Positions 20,750 through 30,793 are shown, counted from the first letter of the stretch. The stretch is DNA of 60,575 nucleotides from an uncultured Alistipes sp. (GCA_964404645.1 CAYOKU010000001.1:1-60575); one strand, 5' to 3'. Made by a program: numbers and translations. The notes: generated from the sequence alone by a model not told the origin.

Positions 20750-21862
20750 TTAGTATTTAGGTGCAGGATTCATGATACCGATCGCCGCACGCAGGTTTTT
20801 GTAGACGAAGGTAATGTTGTAGTAGTCGTTCTGAGCATCGTCGATAGCAATACCCGATTTCGTATAACCGGCAGCTGCCTCAACACTCCACAATGCCGCC
20901 CCTTTGGTCGCGCGAATGCGGGTTTTGCCATCAGCCTCATAACCGTTGAAATAACCGAGTTCACTGGTAGGATCGACCAAAGAGGGGATTGTTACCGCCA
21001 CCAAGAATCGATCGGTAGGAACACCCGCTGTCATCGCCATACGCACGGCATACGATATTTTATCGCCTGATGCAGCCGACAACACCGGAATAACCAGATA
21101 ATTGCACTTATTCATCAAAGCCGGATCGATCAGATTCTGCGGATTGCCACGGAAGAAGAGCAATTTATCGGCATGTTTCTCTTGCCAAGCAGTCACCGCT
21201 CCTAAAAAGGCATTTTGACGTGCCGTATAGTCGGTCTTCACCGTTTCGGTCATCCCCTGCGTAGCACGTCCTTCATAGCAGAACTCCACGCCATCGAATC
21301 CAAATTGGTCGCAATAGGCTAATTGCAATGTCGTTTGCTCCGTGCAATAAGCCACAAAACGTTCCAGCTCAGTCGGCTCGACAGGTGCTTCACCACCCTC
21401 TTCGAGTGCCGCCGGAGTTTCGGGTTTAGCAGCCTCCTCTTCCAAAATCTTCTTCCATTGCGCCTCAATCACAGCATAGTCGATCGGGTAAACGACGCGC
21501 GTACCCTTCTCATGCACCTCTTGAATCTCCTTCACCAACATCGGGTGGAGATTGGCCGGAGTCATCAGACGAACAAAATCGACACTATCGGGCAAGGTAG
21601 TCAGGTGATGATTACGCTGCGCAGGGGCTTCGGTGCTGTTTTGAAGCGAAACGTAGGTAATCTTATGCTCGCCCTGTTTGTAAGCGCGTAACGCTTCCAT
21701 ATACTTTTTGTAGAGTTCCGGATTCTGCTCTTCGAGTGTCGGATAGTGCATATCGACACTTTCGGTATCGGTCCAGTCGCTGCACGACCCCAATGAGAGC
21801 GCCGCAAAAGCCGCAACCGGCATCAGCAATTTTTTTATGGTTTGTATCATAATGGTTTGCAT
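20750..21862 (-). CDS. GH18-like lipoprotein with a degenerate catalytic motif
   Basis: SCSDWTDTES, LPDSVDFV, FGFDGVEFCYEG; directly after susD. Confidence 0.7.
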   Translation of the reverse strand: MQTIMIQTIKKLLMPVAAFAALSLGSCSDWTDTESVDMHYPTLEEQNPELYKKYMEALRAYKQGEHKITYVSLQNSTEAPAQRNHHLTTLPDSVDFVRLMTPANLHPMLVKEIQEVHEKGTRVVYPIDYAVIEAQWKKILEEEAAKPETPAALEEGGEAPVEPTELERFVAYCTEQTTLQLAYCDQFGFDGVEFCYEGRATQGMTETVKTDYTARQNAFLGAVTAWQEKHADKLLFFRGNPQNLIDPALMNKCNYLVIPVLSAASGDKISYAVRMAMTAGVPTDRFLVAVTIPSLVDPTSELGYFNGYEADGKTRIRATKGAALWSVEAAAGYTKSGIAIDDAQNDYYNITFVYKNLRAAIGIMNPAPKY

Positions 21863-21876
21863 TCAAAGGTTGATGA

Positions 21877-23475
21877 TTATTTGATAGCAGGATTGCAATC
21901 CCACCACACGCGGGTCGCCATGTTATCGGCACCCTTCAACAGCGACGAAACGGCCGTCTGAATATTTGGCCCGTTAGTCGTGTATTCGGACTGCGGATAA
22001 GGCATGCGGCGAGCACCAAGCTTGGAATCGACAATGCCGTTGCTCTTGTTACCAGCGGCAGTCGCAGGCATCAGATGCGGATAACCCGTGCGGCGGAAAT
22101 CGGCCCAAGCCTCGTTACCGAGTTGCCAGTTAGCAATCCACTTCTGGGTAATAATGCGCTCTTGCTTCTGCGCAGCCGTTGCCCCTTCGTCCCATGCAAC
22201 TGCCAACGTGGTGAGCGGCTCAGCATAAGAGTTGGAGCCGGCAGGGTCGGTGAATAGTACCTGTACCGGTGTGTTTTGGGCCGCATAGGTGTCGGCTCCC
22301 GAAACTTTCCACTGGTCAAACGACAGACGAATGCCCTCTTTGTAGAGCTCTTCGGCCGTGCGTGCGCCCATATCGAATCCGAAAACAGCCTTGGCTTCAG
22401 CCATCAAGAAAGCCACTTCGGAGGCATTCATCCAATAGACCGGAGAGGTTGGCGTTACATTGACACCCGAATATTTACGGCCAATGTTGATCGCCGGAAT
22501 AATGATGCTGCGACGCTGCCCCACGTACTCTACACCCGACCACTCGGAAGCAATGAAATAGGCCGCACGACGCGGGTCGTTGAAGGCATTCATGTAGGAG
22601 GTGATATCGGCTGCCACGTGGGTATCGCCACCCGTCAAACAACCGTCAGGCGTGTTATACTTAACAGCCACATAGATCGGGTTACCCTTCTCACCAAATG
22701 AGGTCATACGTGCATTGTCGGCGTTCGAGGTGAAGACTCCTACCTCATGTTTCACAGCCTCCTCGGCCATTTTTTGAGCTAACGCAGCATCAGCATAGAC
22801 GATACGCATTGCCAAACGCAACTTCATCGAGTTAGCCAGTTTGCACCAGTTCTCGGCCTTACCGCCGTAGATATAGTCGGCCGTTGAAGCAATTGCACCC
22901 GTGCGACGCTCGGTCAGCACACCGATAGCATGATCCAGCTCCTCAAACATCTTTTTGTAGACATCAGCCTGCGAATCGTAAGCCACCTGCAACTTGCCAT
23001 CGACACCCACTTTCGAATAAGGAATCGGACCATAGGTATCGGTCACGCGGTTCATTGCGCAGACCTTCATGATCTCACCGATGGCAAGAGCGATCGGATC
23101 TTCGGTCACTTTATTGAGTTCGCGCAAGTTCGTATAGAGCTTCGGAATAAGCTGATCGCTGGCCATAAAGACACGTGTCCAGTCGTCCGTTGCATCGAAA
23201 TTTTCGATCGTATTGCGAAAGCCGCCCGATGAGGCAAAATAGCCGCCCAATGGCCCGCCCAACAGGCACTCCGTAAACTGAGTCGTATTAACATCAGTCG
23301 AAACGATGGTCGAAGAGATTGAGGTCAATGCCGCGCTGATGGCATAACCATCAGTCTGCATCTGATCTTTGGTCGGCTCGTAGGGGTTACCGTTGATCTC
23401 CATATAGTTGGCAGTGCAGGCCGCCGAAGCAAGCGCAGCTACCGCAACTACGGATTTTATAATGATAGGTTTCAT
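21877..23475 (-). CDS. susD: SusD/RagB family lipoprotein
   Basis: Lipobox SAAC; RVTDTYGPIPYS, YDSQADVY, IITQKWIA, EAWADFRRTGYP. Confidence 0.92.
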   Translation of the reverse strand: MKPIIIKSVVAVAALASAACTANYMEINGNPYEPTKDQMQTDGYAISAALTSISSTIVSTDVNTTQFTECLLGGPLGGYFASSGGFRNTIENFDATDDWTRVFMASDQLIPKLYTNLRELNKVTEDPIALAIGEIMKVCAMNRVTDTYGPIPYSKVGVDGKLQVAYDSQADVYKKMFEELDHAIGVLTERRTGAIASTADYIYGGKAENWCKLANSMKLRLAMRIVYADAALAQKMAEEAVKHEVGVFTSNADNARMTSFGEKGNPIYVAVKYNTPDGCLTGGDTHVAADITSYMNAFNDPRRAAYFIASEWSGVEYVGQRRSIIIPAINIGRKYSGVNVTPTSPVYWMNASEVAFLMAEAKAVFGFDMGARTAEELYKEGIRLSFDQWKVSGADTYAAQNTPVQVLFTDPAGSNSYAEPLTTLAVAWDEGATAAQKQERIITQKWIANWQLGNEAWADFRRTGYPHLMPATAAGNKSNGIVDSKLGARRMPYPQSEYTTNGPNIQTAVSSLLKGADNMATRVWWDCNPAIK

Positions 23476-23487
23476 AGTTGTCCTGTT

Positions 23488-26400
23488 TTAGAATTTAAGT
23501 CGAAGGTTGAAGCCGATGTTACGCATCGAAGGCATCATAAAGTAGTCGATACCTTGGTAGAAGTTACCCGTCGAAGCGACCGTTTCGGGATCGTAGGGAG
23601 CTTTGTTGTAGATCATCCACAAGTTACGACCCACGAGCGAAAGAGTAATTTCGCAAAGATCGCCCAATTTCTTGCGAGGAATCGTATAGCCAATCGAAGC
23701 CTCTTGCAGACGCACGTTGGTTGCCGAATAGGTGTAATTTTGCGGAATCGAGGTACCTCCACCGATGGTCGAGAACCACTTGTTGGCATTGACCAGATCG
23801 CCGCCGTTAATCATCACACCGCCTGCATCACGCGCCGCAGCCGAAGCCTCCGACACACCGTAGTAATCCAACATGGCTTGTGTACGCGAGAAGACTACAC
23901 CTCCCAGACGTGCCGTCACCATAAAGCCGAAGTTGAAACGACCCAGTGTGAAATCATTACGCCACGACATGTTAGCATCGGGAAGCGTGCTGCCCAACTT
24001 GATGTAATCTTTAGAATTCTTAATTGTTTCGGTCGCCAAGTTACCCTTCTCATCCATATAGATCGCACCTTCGCTATCGCGTTTGAGGTCGATAAGCGAA
24101 TAGAGATCGCCCAACGTACCACCTTCGCGCAGGATAAAGTGTGCTTGACCCAATCCTTTCATATCGAGCTGGTCGATCGAGATTATCTCACCCGAATCGG
24201 GATCACGGAAATTATTGGCCAATTTGAGAATCTTGTTGCTGTTGGCCGAGAGTGTATAGTTGGTATCCCAAGTGAATTTACCCCATGTGTTATGGTAGTT
24301 CAGAGCCACCTCGACACCACGGTTACGCACGTCACCCGACTGGATGTAGATCTTCGAAGAGCCCGATCCCGTAGAGATTTCGGGGGTGAAGGTCTGATCC
24401 TGTGTTTTGGTATTGTAGTACGATACATCGAGGTTGAAGTGACGCAGGAAACGCATCGTAAGACCCACCTCAAACGATTTGGTACGTTCGGGTTTGAGGT
24501 TATAGACCGGATAGGTCGTTTGCGTATCCCAGTTCAGACCGCTGGCGTTCCACGTATAGCGCGGATTGGCAATAAAACGCTCAAAAGCAACACCCACCGA
24601 TGCATACGATGCACGAACCTTCACATAAGAGAGGTTCTTCGGCATCTCCGGAATCAACTGCGACAACACGACCGAAGCACCAACCGAGGGGTAAAAGAAC
24701 GAAGATTTGTTGGAGTGAGGACCTGCCAATTGCGACGGCCAATCGTTACGACCGGTCACTGTGAGGAAGTAGGTGTTTTTGTAGCCCAACTCAGCCGAAG
24801 CGAAGATCGACTGCGTTTGTTCGCGCCAACCCTCCTGCAATCGTTGTGTAATAGCTGTGTTACTGAGGTTCTGAATATTGAAGACATTTGCAAGAGTCGG
24901 TTTCTCATCGGTAATGATACCGTCACGAATCGGACCACGCACCTTGTTAGCATCGGAACGCATATCGGAAAGCGAGGCTCCGATATTAGCCTGCAACGAC
25001 CAGTCGTCGCCGAATGTTTTGTTGATATTGACCAACATATCGCCATAAACCTGACGATCTTCGGTCTTCGTAATGCCATACAGACCGTTGCGAGAGCCCT
25101 CAGTCAACTGTGTATTGGACGATGCGTACATCTTCTCGGTGTAGCTATTGCCAGCGTTATCGACACGAATACGACCCGTCAGGTTAAGCCAATCAAGCAC
25201 ATCGTATGTCAGCGAAGCATCCAGCATATAGCGATCCTTGCGGTTCTCGCGCAGGTTGCGGTAGTTGACCCAATAGGGGTTCTGCAAGGTCATACCACCA
25301 TCACCCACCGGCCAATACTGCGTGTAGAGTTTGCGCGATTCGTCATAACGCTCATACATCTTGATATCATTCCAATCGTTGCCGCGCGGAAAGAGATATG
25401 CACCGGCCACGGGATTTCCGTAGACACCCTGATTGACCATATTGCGGTCCTTCTGAATCACATAACTGGCTCCTACATTGAGCGTCATCTTGTCGTTCAA
25501 GAATTTAGTGGTGTTACGGAACGTAAAGTTATAACGATCATAGCCATTATTGGGAACAACGCCTCGCGAATTGACCGTTGCTGCCGAAAGGTAGGTCTGG
25601 TTCTTATCCGTACCGGTCGAAAGTGATACGCTCTCCGTACCGGTTACGCCAGTCTGGAAATAGTCACTGGCAGGATCATAGCCACGATAGTTGCTGCTGT
25701 TAAGACGGTTACCCCAACTGCGAATAAGCGAGCCTTCGCTCGAATTGAGATCACCTGTGCCATAACGGTTCTGAAATTCGGGCAACACAAACGGCGACAT
25801 TACTTCGGTCGAGCTTGACACAACCACTTCGGTTTTGCCAGCCTGTCCGCGCTTGGTGGTCACCACAATCGCACCGTTGGCAGCATCCGAACCGTAAAGA
25901 GCGGCAGCGGCCGCACCGTTCAGCACCGAGATCGAAGCGATGTCCTCAGGGTTGATGTCGGCAATCGGATCGGTCGAACCTTGCGAACCGAACTCCGTGC
26001 TGCTATCGCGTGCAGAGGTGAACATCGGCACACCGTCAATGACGTAGAGAGCATTTGATGACTGCATGATGGATTTGGTACCACGCATAATCACACGCGA
26101 AGCACCTCCGACACCCGACGACGAAGCGTTGATCGTAACGCCGGCCACCTTACCGTTCAAAGAGTTGATAAAGTTGGCATCTTTGTTGGCTACGATCTCC
26201 TCCGAATTGACCTGTTGTACGTTATACGACAGTGCTTTTTCCGAACGTTTGATACCCAATGCAGTCACAACAATGGCATCCACATTGACAGCCGACTCTT
26301 TAAGCGTAACGTGCAGTTGGGTGCGATTGCCCAACGTTACAGCCGAAGTCTCAAAGCCTAAATAGTTGATTTCCAGAATTGCAGAAGCTGCGGGGGGGGG

Positions 26401-26859
26401 TACTTGAAGTGTAAAAGAGCCATCGACATCGGTACTTGCACCGATCGTCGTCCCCTTTACGACAACCGCCGCACCAATAATAGGTACTCCGGCCGCATCG
26501 GTCACAACACCCGTCACCATTACAGGTTTCGAGGACACAGCTTTGTGCGAAAGGACAATCGAGGTATTCTCGACAGCATAGATAATATCGGTAGATTGGA
26601 ACAGCGTAGCAAGAACCGTTTTTAACGGGGCGTTGGTCACTTGAATAGAAACCTTACGCGCTACATCTACACTTTTGTCATAGACAAACAGATAGGAAGT
26701 TTGTTTTTCGATGGCTCCGAGCACCTGCTCCAACGGAGTATCGGTCACTTGGATAGTCACCGAAGCAGTCTGGGCAAACACTTGCACCGCAAAGAGGCTG
26801 CACAAGAGTGTGAAAACAGGTAACAGCAGACGTGCTCTTACTTGGTCTTTCATTTTCAT
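23488..26859 (-). CDS. susC: SusC/RagA TonB-dependent transporter with N-terminal signalling (STN) domain
   Basis: STN-like LEQVLGAIEKQTSYLFVY; VVTALGIKR; INPEDIASISVLNGAAAAALYGSDAANGAIVVTTK; C-terminal Phe. Confidence 0.95.
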   Translation of the reverse strand: MKMKDQVRARLLLPVFTLLCSLFAVQVFAQTASVTIQVTDTPLEQVLGAIEKQTSYLFVYDKSVDVARKVSIQVTNAPLKTVLATLFQSTDIIYAVENTSIVLSHKAVSSKPVMVTGVVTDAAGVPIIGAAVVVKGTTIGASTDVDGSFTLQVPPPAASAILEINYLGFETSAVTLGNRTQLHVTLKESAVNVDAIVVTALGIKRSEKALSYNVQQVNSEEIVANKDANFINSLNGKVAGVTINASSSGVGGASRVIMRGTKSIMQSSNALYVIDGVPMFTSARDSSTEFGSQGSTDPIADINPEDIASISVLNGAAAAALYGSDAANGAIVVTTKRGQAGKTEVVVSSSTEVMSPFVLPEFQNRYGTGDLNSSEGSLIRSWGNRLNSSNYRGYDPASDYFQTGVTGTESVSLSTGTDKNQTYLSAATVNSRGVVPNNGYDRYNFTFRNTTKFLNDKMTLNVGASYVIQKDRNMVNQGVYGNPVAGAYLFPRGNDWNDIKMYERYDESRKLYTQYWPVGDGGMTLQNPYWVNYRNLRENRKDRYMLDASLTYDVLDWLNLTGRIRVDNAGNSYTEKMYASSNTQLTEGSRNGLYGITKTEDRQVYGDMLVNINKTFGDDWSLQANIGASLSDMRSDANKVRGPIRDGIITDEKPTLANVFNIQNLSNTAITQRLQEGWREQTQSIFASAELGYKNTYFLTVTGRNDWPSQLAGPHSNKSSFFYPSVGASVVLSQLIPEMPKNLSYVKVRASYASVGVAFERFIANPRYTWNASGLNWDTQTTYPVYNLKPERTKSFEVGLTMRFLRHFNLDVSYYNTKTQDQTFTPEISTGSGSSKIYIQSGDVRNRGVEVALNYHNTWGKFTWDTNYTLSANSNKILKLANNFRDPDSGEIISIDQLDMKGLGQAHFILREGGTLGDLYSLIDLKRDSEGAIYMDEKGNLATETIKNSKDYIKLGSTLPDANMSWRNDFTLGRFNFGFMVTARLGGVVFSRTQAMLDYYGVSEASAAARDAGGVMINGGDLVNANKWFSTIGGGTSIPQNYTYSATNVRLQEASIGYTIPRKKLGDLCEITLSLVGRNLWMIYNKAPYDPETVASTGNFYQGIDYFMMPSMRNIGFNLRLKF
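26392..26400. repeat. G9/C9 homopolymer within the 5' part of susC
   Basis: GGGGGGGGG on the + strand; encodes PPP in QVPPPAA. Confidence 0.9.
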
Positions 26860-27030
26860 AAGTAGTAAATTAGGTTTAATTATAGTCTTCTGGTCAGGAA
26901 GATTTTTGAGCGGTTCGGTGTCCGCCGTATTTCCGTTTGCGCCGGAGGGGGAAGGGCGATCGAATTATTGTCAACGTGTTAAGGCATAGGCATTAATCGG
27001 TTTTAGTAGGTTTAGTTAGTATCAATTTAT

Positions 27031-27969
27031 CTAATAGATCGTAATCACATCTTTGGTCGCATTGCGCGAGTAACGGAAATCGGAGTTACGCTGTAAAATC
27101 CAGAGAGCATGATCGATACCCTCCGAAATCCGAATTTTTCCCGTAAAGAGATTTTGGGGTAATTGCGCGCGCTGCACCTCAATTTTCACCCCATAATATT
27201 TTTCGAAGTCGCCAATCAGTTCGGCAAACGAGGCATCGCGGAAGGCGATCAAACCGTCACGCCATTGAAACTGCTCATGTTCGGGAATACGGCCGTGGCT
27301 AAGTTTACCGGCGATCCGCTCCACCCGTTCGTTCGGGGCAAGCAAGACGGGGCTTTCCACAGCGTTACGGTCGGTCACGCGCACCTTACCTTCAACCAAC
27401 GATGTAGAGAACTCATTGACCTCGGCACGAGCCTCGACATCGAATTTTGTACCCAACACCTCTACGTCATATGCATAAGTCTCGACAATAAACGGATGAT
27501 CGGCATCGTGCGTCACATCGAAAAAAGCCTCACCTTTGAGTTGTACGCGACGAGTTTTGCCGGCAAACACCGCCGGACACTTCAACTCCGAAAGGGCGTT
27601 CATGCAGACCTTCGTGCCATCGGGCAACACGATGTTTACGCGCTGCCCGGCCGGAACCGTTATCGTATTACCGCCCTGCATCAATTCGCGATGCATATGC
27701 GACACATACGCCCCTCCGAGTCCGGCCGTGACCAATATGGCAGCTGCGTATTTCATCACCTCGCGCGTCCAGCGAGGCAGGACAAACAACCGACGATGCG
27801 GTTTTTCGGGACGCGCAAGCATCAACGCAGCATCGAAAAGACGCCGCTCGGCAAGCAGTTCCTGACGATGTGCAGGAGCAGCATCGACCCAATCGAGAAT
27901 TCGACTCTCCTCTTCGGTCGTTGCACGGCCATCGAAAAAACGGTAAAGTAGTTCTTTTTCCATATACAT
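27031..27969 (-). CDS. FecR family anti-sigma factor
   Basis: One transmembrane segment; LPDGTKVCMNALSEL, GEAFFDV, VEVLGTKF. Confidence 0.92.
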   Translation of the reverse strand: MYMEKELLYRFFDGRATTEEESRILDWVDAAPAHRQELLAERRLFDAALMLARPEKPHRRLFVLPRWTREVMKYAAAILVTAGLGGAYVSHMHRELMQGGNTITVPAGQRVNIVLPDGTKVCMNALSELKCPAVFAGKTRRVQLKGEAFFDVTHDADHPFIVETYAYDVEVLGTKFDVEARAEVNEFSTSLVEGKVRVTDRNAVESPVLLAPNERVERIAGKLSHGRIPEHEQFQWRDGLIAFRDASFAELIGDFEKYYGVKIEVQRAQLPQNLFTGKIRISEGIDHALWILQRNSDFRYSRNATKDVITIY

Positions 27970-27970
27970 A

Positions 27971-28000
27971 CTAATAACACCTCACGTACACAAATCCCTG
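27971..28000 (-). promoter_or_regulatory. Candidate ECF-sigma promoter for fecR-susC
   Basis: CAGGGATTTG...GTGTTATTAG directly upstream of fecR, with no TAnnTTTG; the ECF assignment is inferred from position. Confidence 0.35.
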
Positions 28001-28057
28001 AAAAAAAATGTTTTTTTTTGAGATTTCGTACCTGAAAGCAGGTTAATAAATTATAAA

Positions 28058-28642
28058 TTAGTGAATTATAAACCAAAAAATAAAGAAAGGTAGATAATCT
28101 TTCAACGCCGTCCGCAACGCCTTCATCGCCTTCGATACCTCGAATTCGACACTTTTGACCGTGATCCCCATTTCGAGAGCAATCTCTTTGTAGCTTTGGC
28201 CTTGGAAACGACTGCGGACAAAGATTTCGCGCGTCCGCTCCGGCATCCCATCAAGAGTGCGGTTGACCAACTCGCGAGCCTCGACCTTGAAAAGTTCTTC
28301 GGGATCGCACGCTTGAAGGGTGGAGATCCGCAGATCGAGCATGCGTGAGCCGTGCGAATGGATGTCGGCCGCTGCCCGTTGTCGCACATGCTGGGCGCGC
28401 AGGTGATTCAGGCACTTATTCTTGACAATGGTGAGCGCATAGGGCGGAAAAGTTTCAGCGGTAAGCGTATCTCGGCGTTCCCACGCTGCCACGAAACTCT
28501 CCATAACAAGATCCTCTGCCACAGCGACATCTGCCACATAACTTACCGCAAAACGAATAAACCGTTGCTGGAACTCGCCAAAGAGTCGATTGAAGGCGCC
28601 GATATCGAGCACTTCGTATTTAGATACGCCGATTTGTGCCAT
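28058..28642 (-). CDS. ECF sigma-70 factor (Bacteroides PUL type)
   Basis: AEDLVMESF, VKNKCLNHLR, MPERTREIFVRSR..SYKEIALEMGITVKSVE; start moved to ATG 28642, downstream of TATCTTTG (28662-28669). Confidence 0.92.
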   Translation of the reverse strand: MAQIGVSKYEVLDIGAFNRLFGEFQQRFIRFAVSYVADVAVAEDLVMESFVAAWERRDTLTAETFPPYALTIVKNKCLNHLRAQHVRQRAAADIHSHGSRMLDLRISTLQACDPEELFKVEARELVNRTLDGMPERTREIFVRSRFQGQSYKEIALEMGITVKSVEFEVSKAMKALRTALKDYLPFFIFWFIIH

Positions 28643-28729
28643 ATATTCTCTTATACCCGCACAAAGATATAACAAATATTCGGCCGTAAAAGGAAAAACA
28701 TCAAGAATTCAGCAGACAGTATGCAGAAT

Positions 28730-28774
28730 GAGGAAGAGATACATCGAACCGTTTGCGCGATGTATCTCTTCCTC
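28730..28774. terminator. 17-bp perfect hairpin after pyrB
   Basis: GAGGAAGAGATACATCG...CGATGTATCTCTTCCTC; poor U-tract. Confidence 0.55.
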
Positions 28775-28792
28775 CTGATAATTTTTTACGAA

Positions 28793-29878
28793 TTATTTTG
28801 CTTTTGCCTCGCAGTATGCACAACGGAACGATCCGTCGGGCATTGCACGAAAGAGCCGATCGACATCCTCGCTGGCCGAGATACAACGGCGGTTTGAACA
28901 TTCGTGTTCGTTGACAGCATATGTCTCGTTAAAAACAGGAGTTTGAGCATAGGGTTTATTCTCATCAGCCCAACGCAGTAGCGTATAAATGAGAGCCATC
29001 CGCACAAATTTACCATTTTCGACTTGTCGGAAATAGGCTGCACGCGGATCATTATCAACCGCACGCGTAATCTCGTTGACACGCGGCAGCGGGTGGAGAA
29101 TAATCATATCCTTGCGCGCGGTTTCGAGCTTTTCGGGATCAAGCACGAAGCTGTTCTTCACCCGATCAAACTCCTCCTCATCCAGAAAACGCTCCTTCTG
29201 CACGCGCGTCATGTAGAGCACGTCCAATTCAGGCATCACCTCCTCCATCGTCTCCACCTCGCGGAACGAGAGGTTCGAATTCTCGGACATCTCCGCAAGC
29301 ATATAATCGGGCAGACGCAACTCCTGCGGTGCAATCAGAATAACATTGATCCCCGTATAACGCGACAATGCCTTGATGAGCGAGTGTACTGTTCGTCCAA
29401 ACTTCAAATCGCCACAAAAGCCGATCGTCATATGGTCGAAACGGCCCTTTTCGCGCTTGATCGTCAATAGGTCTGTGAGTGTCTGTGTGGGGTGTGCGTG
29501 GCTGCCGTCACCGGCATTAATCACCGGAATTCCAGCGTATTGCGAAGCCACTAAAGGTGCTCCCTCCTTGAAATGACGCATAGCAATGATGTCGGCAAAG
29601 CAGCGGATCACACGCACCGTATCGGCCACCGTTTCGCCCTTGGATACCGATGACGAATTGGCATCGGAGAAACCGATCACCTGCCCTCCTAACTCCAACA
29701 TAGCCGAGGTAAAACTCAATCGTGTGCGGGTCGAAGGTTCGTAAAAAAGCGTGGCGAGTTTCTTGCCTTTGCAGGCCTCGCTGTATTTGGAACGGTTGGC
29801 GATAATATCCTCGGCGAGGGCAACAATCTGCTCGGTCTCTTCGACCGTCAGATCGGTCGGGTCGATTAAATGTCTCAT
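28793..29878 (-). CDS. pyrB: Aspartate carbamoyltransferase with a C-terminal PyrI-like Cys4 zinc module
   Basis: [29 protein letters not shown]; tail CSNRRC...CAYCE. Confidence 0.94.
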   Translation of the reverse strand: MRHLIDPTDLTVEETEQIVALAEDIIANRSKYSEACKGKKLATLFYEPSTRTRLSFTSAMLELGGQVIGFSDANSSSVSKGETVADTVRVIRCFADIIAMRHFKEGAPLVASQYAGIPVINAGDGSHAHPTQTLTDLLTIKREKGRFDHMTIGFCGDLKFGRTVHSLIKALSRYTGINVILIAPQELRLPDYMLAEMSENSNLSFREVETMEEVMPELDVLYMTRVQKERFLDEEEFDRVKNSFVLDPEKLETARKDMIILHPLPRVNEITRAVDNDPRAAYFRQVENGKFVRMALIYTLLRWADENKPYAQTPVFNETYAVNEHECSNRRCISASEDVDRLFRAMPDGSFRCAYCEAKAK

Positions 29879-29886
29879 AGCGAAGA

Positions 29887-30519
29887 TTATTTACTCATCC
29901 AACTCTCATCCGAGGGGTTAGCCCGAAAATGGAGGAGTTTCGCCTTGTCTTCGGGCTTGATATAGCCCTCTTCGGCCGCCACTTCAACCAACGCATCAAG
30001 GTTCGAAAGGCTATAATTGGTCACGTGCGCCGCTGCCATACGATCCAACCCTTTCTGCATGCCGTAGGTGAAGATCGAAGCCACCCCCAGCACCTCGGCT
30101 CCAGCCTCGCGCAAAGCCTCGACCACCTCAATACACGATCCTCCGGTCGAGATCAGATCTTCGATCACAACGACTTTCTGCCCCTTTTCGAGTTTCCCTT
30201 CTATCTGGTTGCCACGTCCGTGATCCTTCGAACCACTGCGTACATAACCCATCGGCAAATCGAGCAACGTAGCCGTAATAGCCGCGTGAGCGATTCCGGC
30301 CGTTGATGTACCCATCAGCACCTCCACTTGGGGAAATTTCGTGCGAACAATTTCGGCCAATCCGGCTTCGACATGCTTGCGCACTTCGACAGCTGTTAAA
30401 GTCAGTCGATTGTCGCAATAAATCGGGCTTTTGATACCGCTTGCCCATGTAAACGGCTGCTCAGGGCGCAGGAATACCGCGCCGATTGAGAGCAGGTCTT
30501 TTGCTATTGATTTCTCCAT
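29887..30519 (-). CDS. pyrE: Orotate phosphoribosyltransferase
   Basis: [28 protein letters not shown]. Confidence 0.95.
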   Translation of the reverse strand: MEKSIAKDLLSIGAVFLRPEQPFTWASGIKSPIYCDNRLTLTAVEVRKHVEAGLAEIVRTKFPQVEVLMGTSTAGIAHAAITATLLDLPMGYVRSGSKDHGRGNQIEGKLEKGQKVVVIEDLISTGGSCIEVVEALREAGAEVLGVASIFTYGMQKGLDRMAAAHVTNYSLSNLDALVEVAAEEGYIKPEDKAKLLHFRANPSDESWMSK

Positions 30520-30532
30520 ATCGGGTTTTATA

Positions 30533-30793
30533 TTATTCGAGAGCTTTGCGTAATAATTGTTTCACCTCATCGGCCCAGATGCCACCTTCGTGTACCTTCC
30601 GGCCATCGACATAGAAAGTCGGCACGTAGTAGTAGTCGAACTTTTCGGCCACAGCAGGCTGCTCCGACTCCTCAATCATCTCGATTTCAATGGCGGCCAA
30701 AGCCGGATCGGCGGCTTTCGCCTCCTCGATGTATTGCAACGCTTTTTTGCAATAGGGGCAATTTTTCAGGTAAAACAATTTTACAGGCTTCAT
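30533..30793 (-). CDS. Glutaredoxin/thioredoxin-like protein
   Basis: CPYC active site, YVPTF cis-Pro motif. Confidence 0.8.
   Translation of the reverse strand: MKPVKLFYLKNCPYCKKALQYIEEAKAADPALAAIEIEMIEESEQPAVAEKFDYYYVPTFYVDGRKVHEGGIWADEVKQLLRKALE

Noticed and set aside
23554-25626. 690-aa plus-strand ORF (likewise 8343-10091, 11790-13604, 37298-38758, 40708-41790)
   Set aside because: Antisense shadows of well-supported genes; no motifs, and expected from codon bias in GC-rich genes
26860-27030. Antisense sRNA promoter opposite the susC leader
   Set aside because: No plus-strand TAnnTTTG found; the nearest match is GATTTTTG
28001-28019. A8-TG-T9 inverted homopolymers between the sigma gene and fecR
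   Set aside because: An AU-only stem is too weak for a terminator, and such runs are common in these AT-rich spacers
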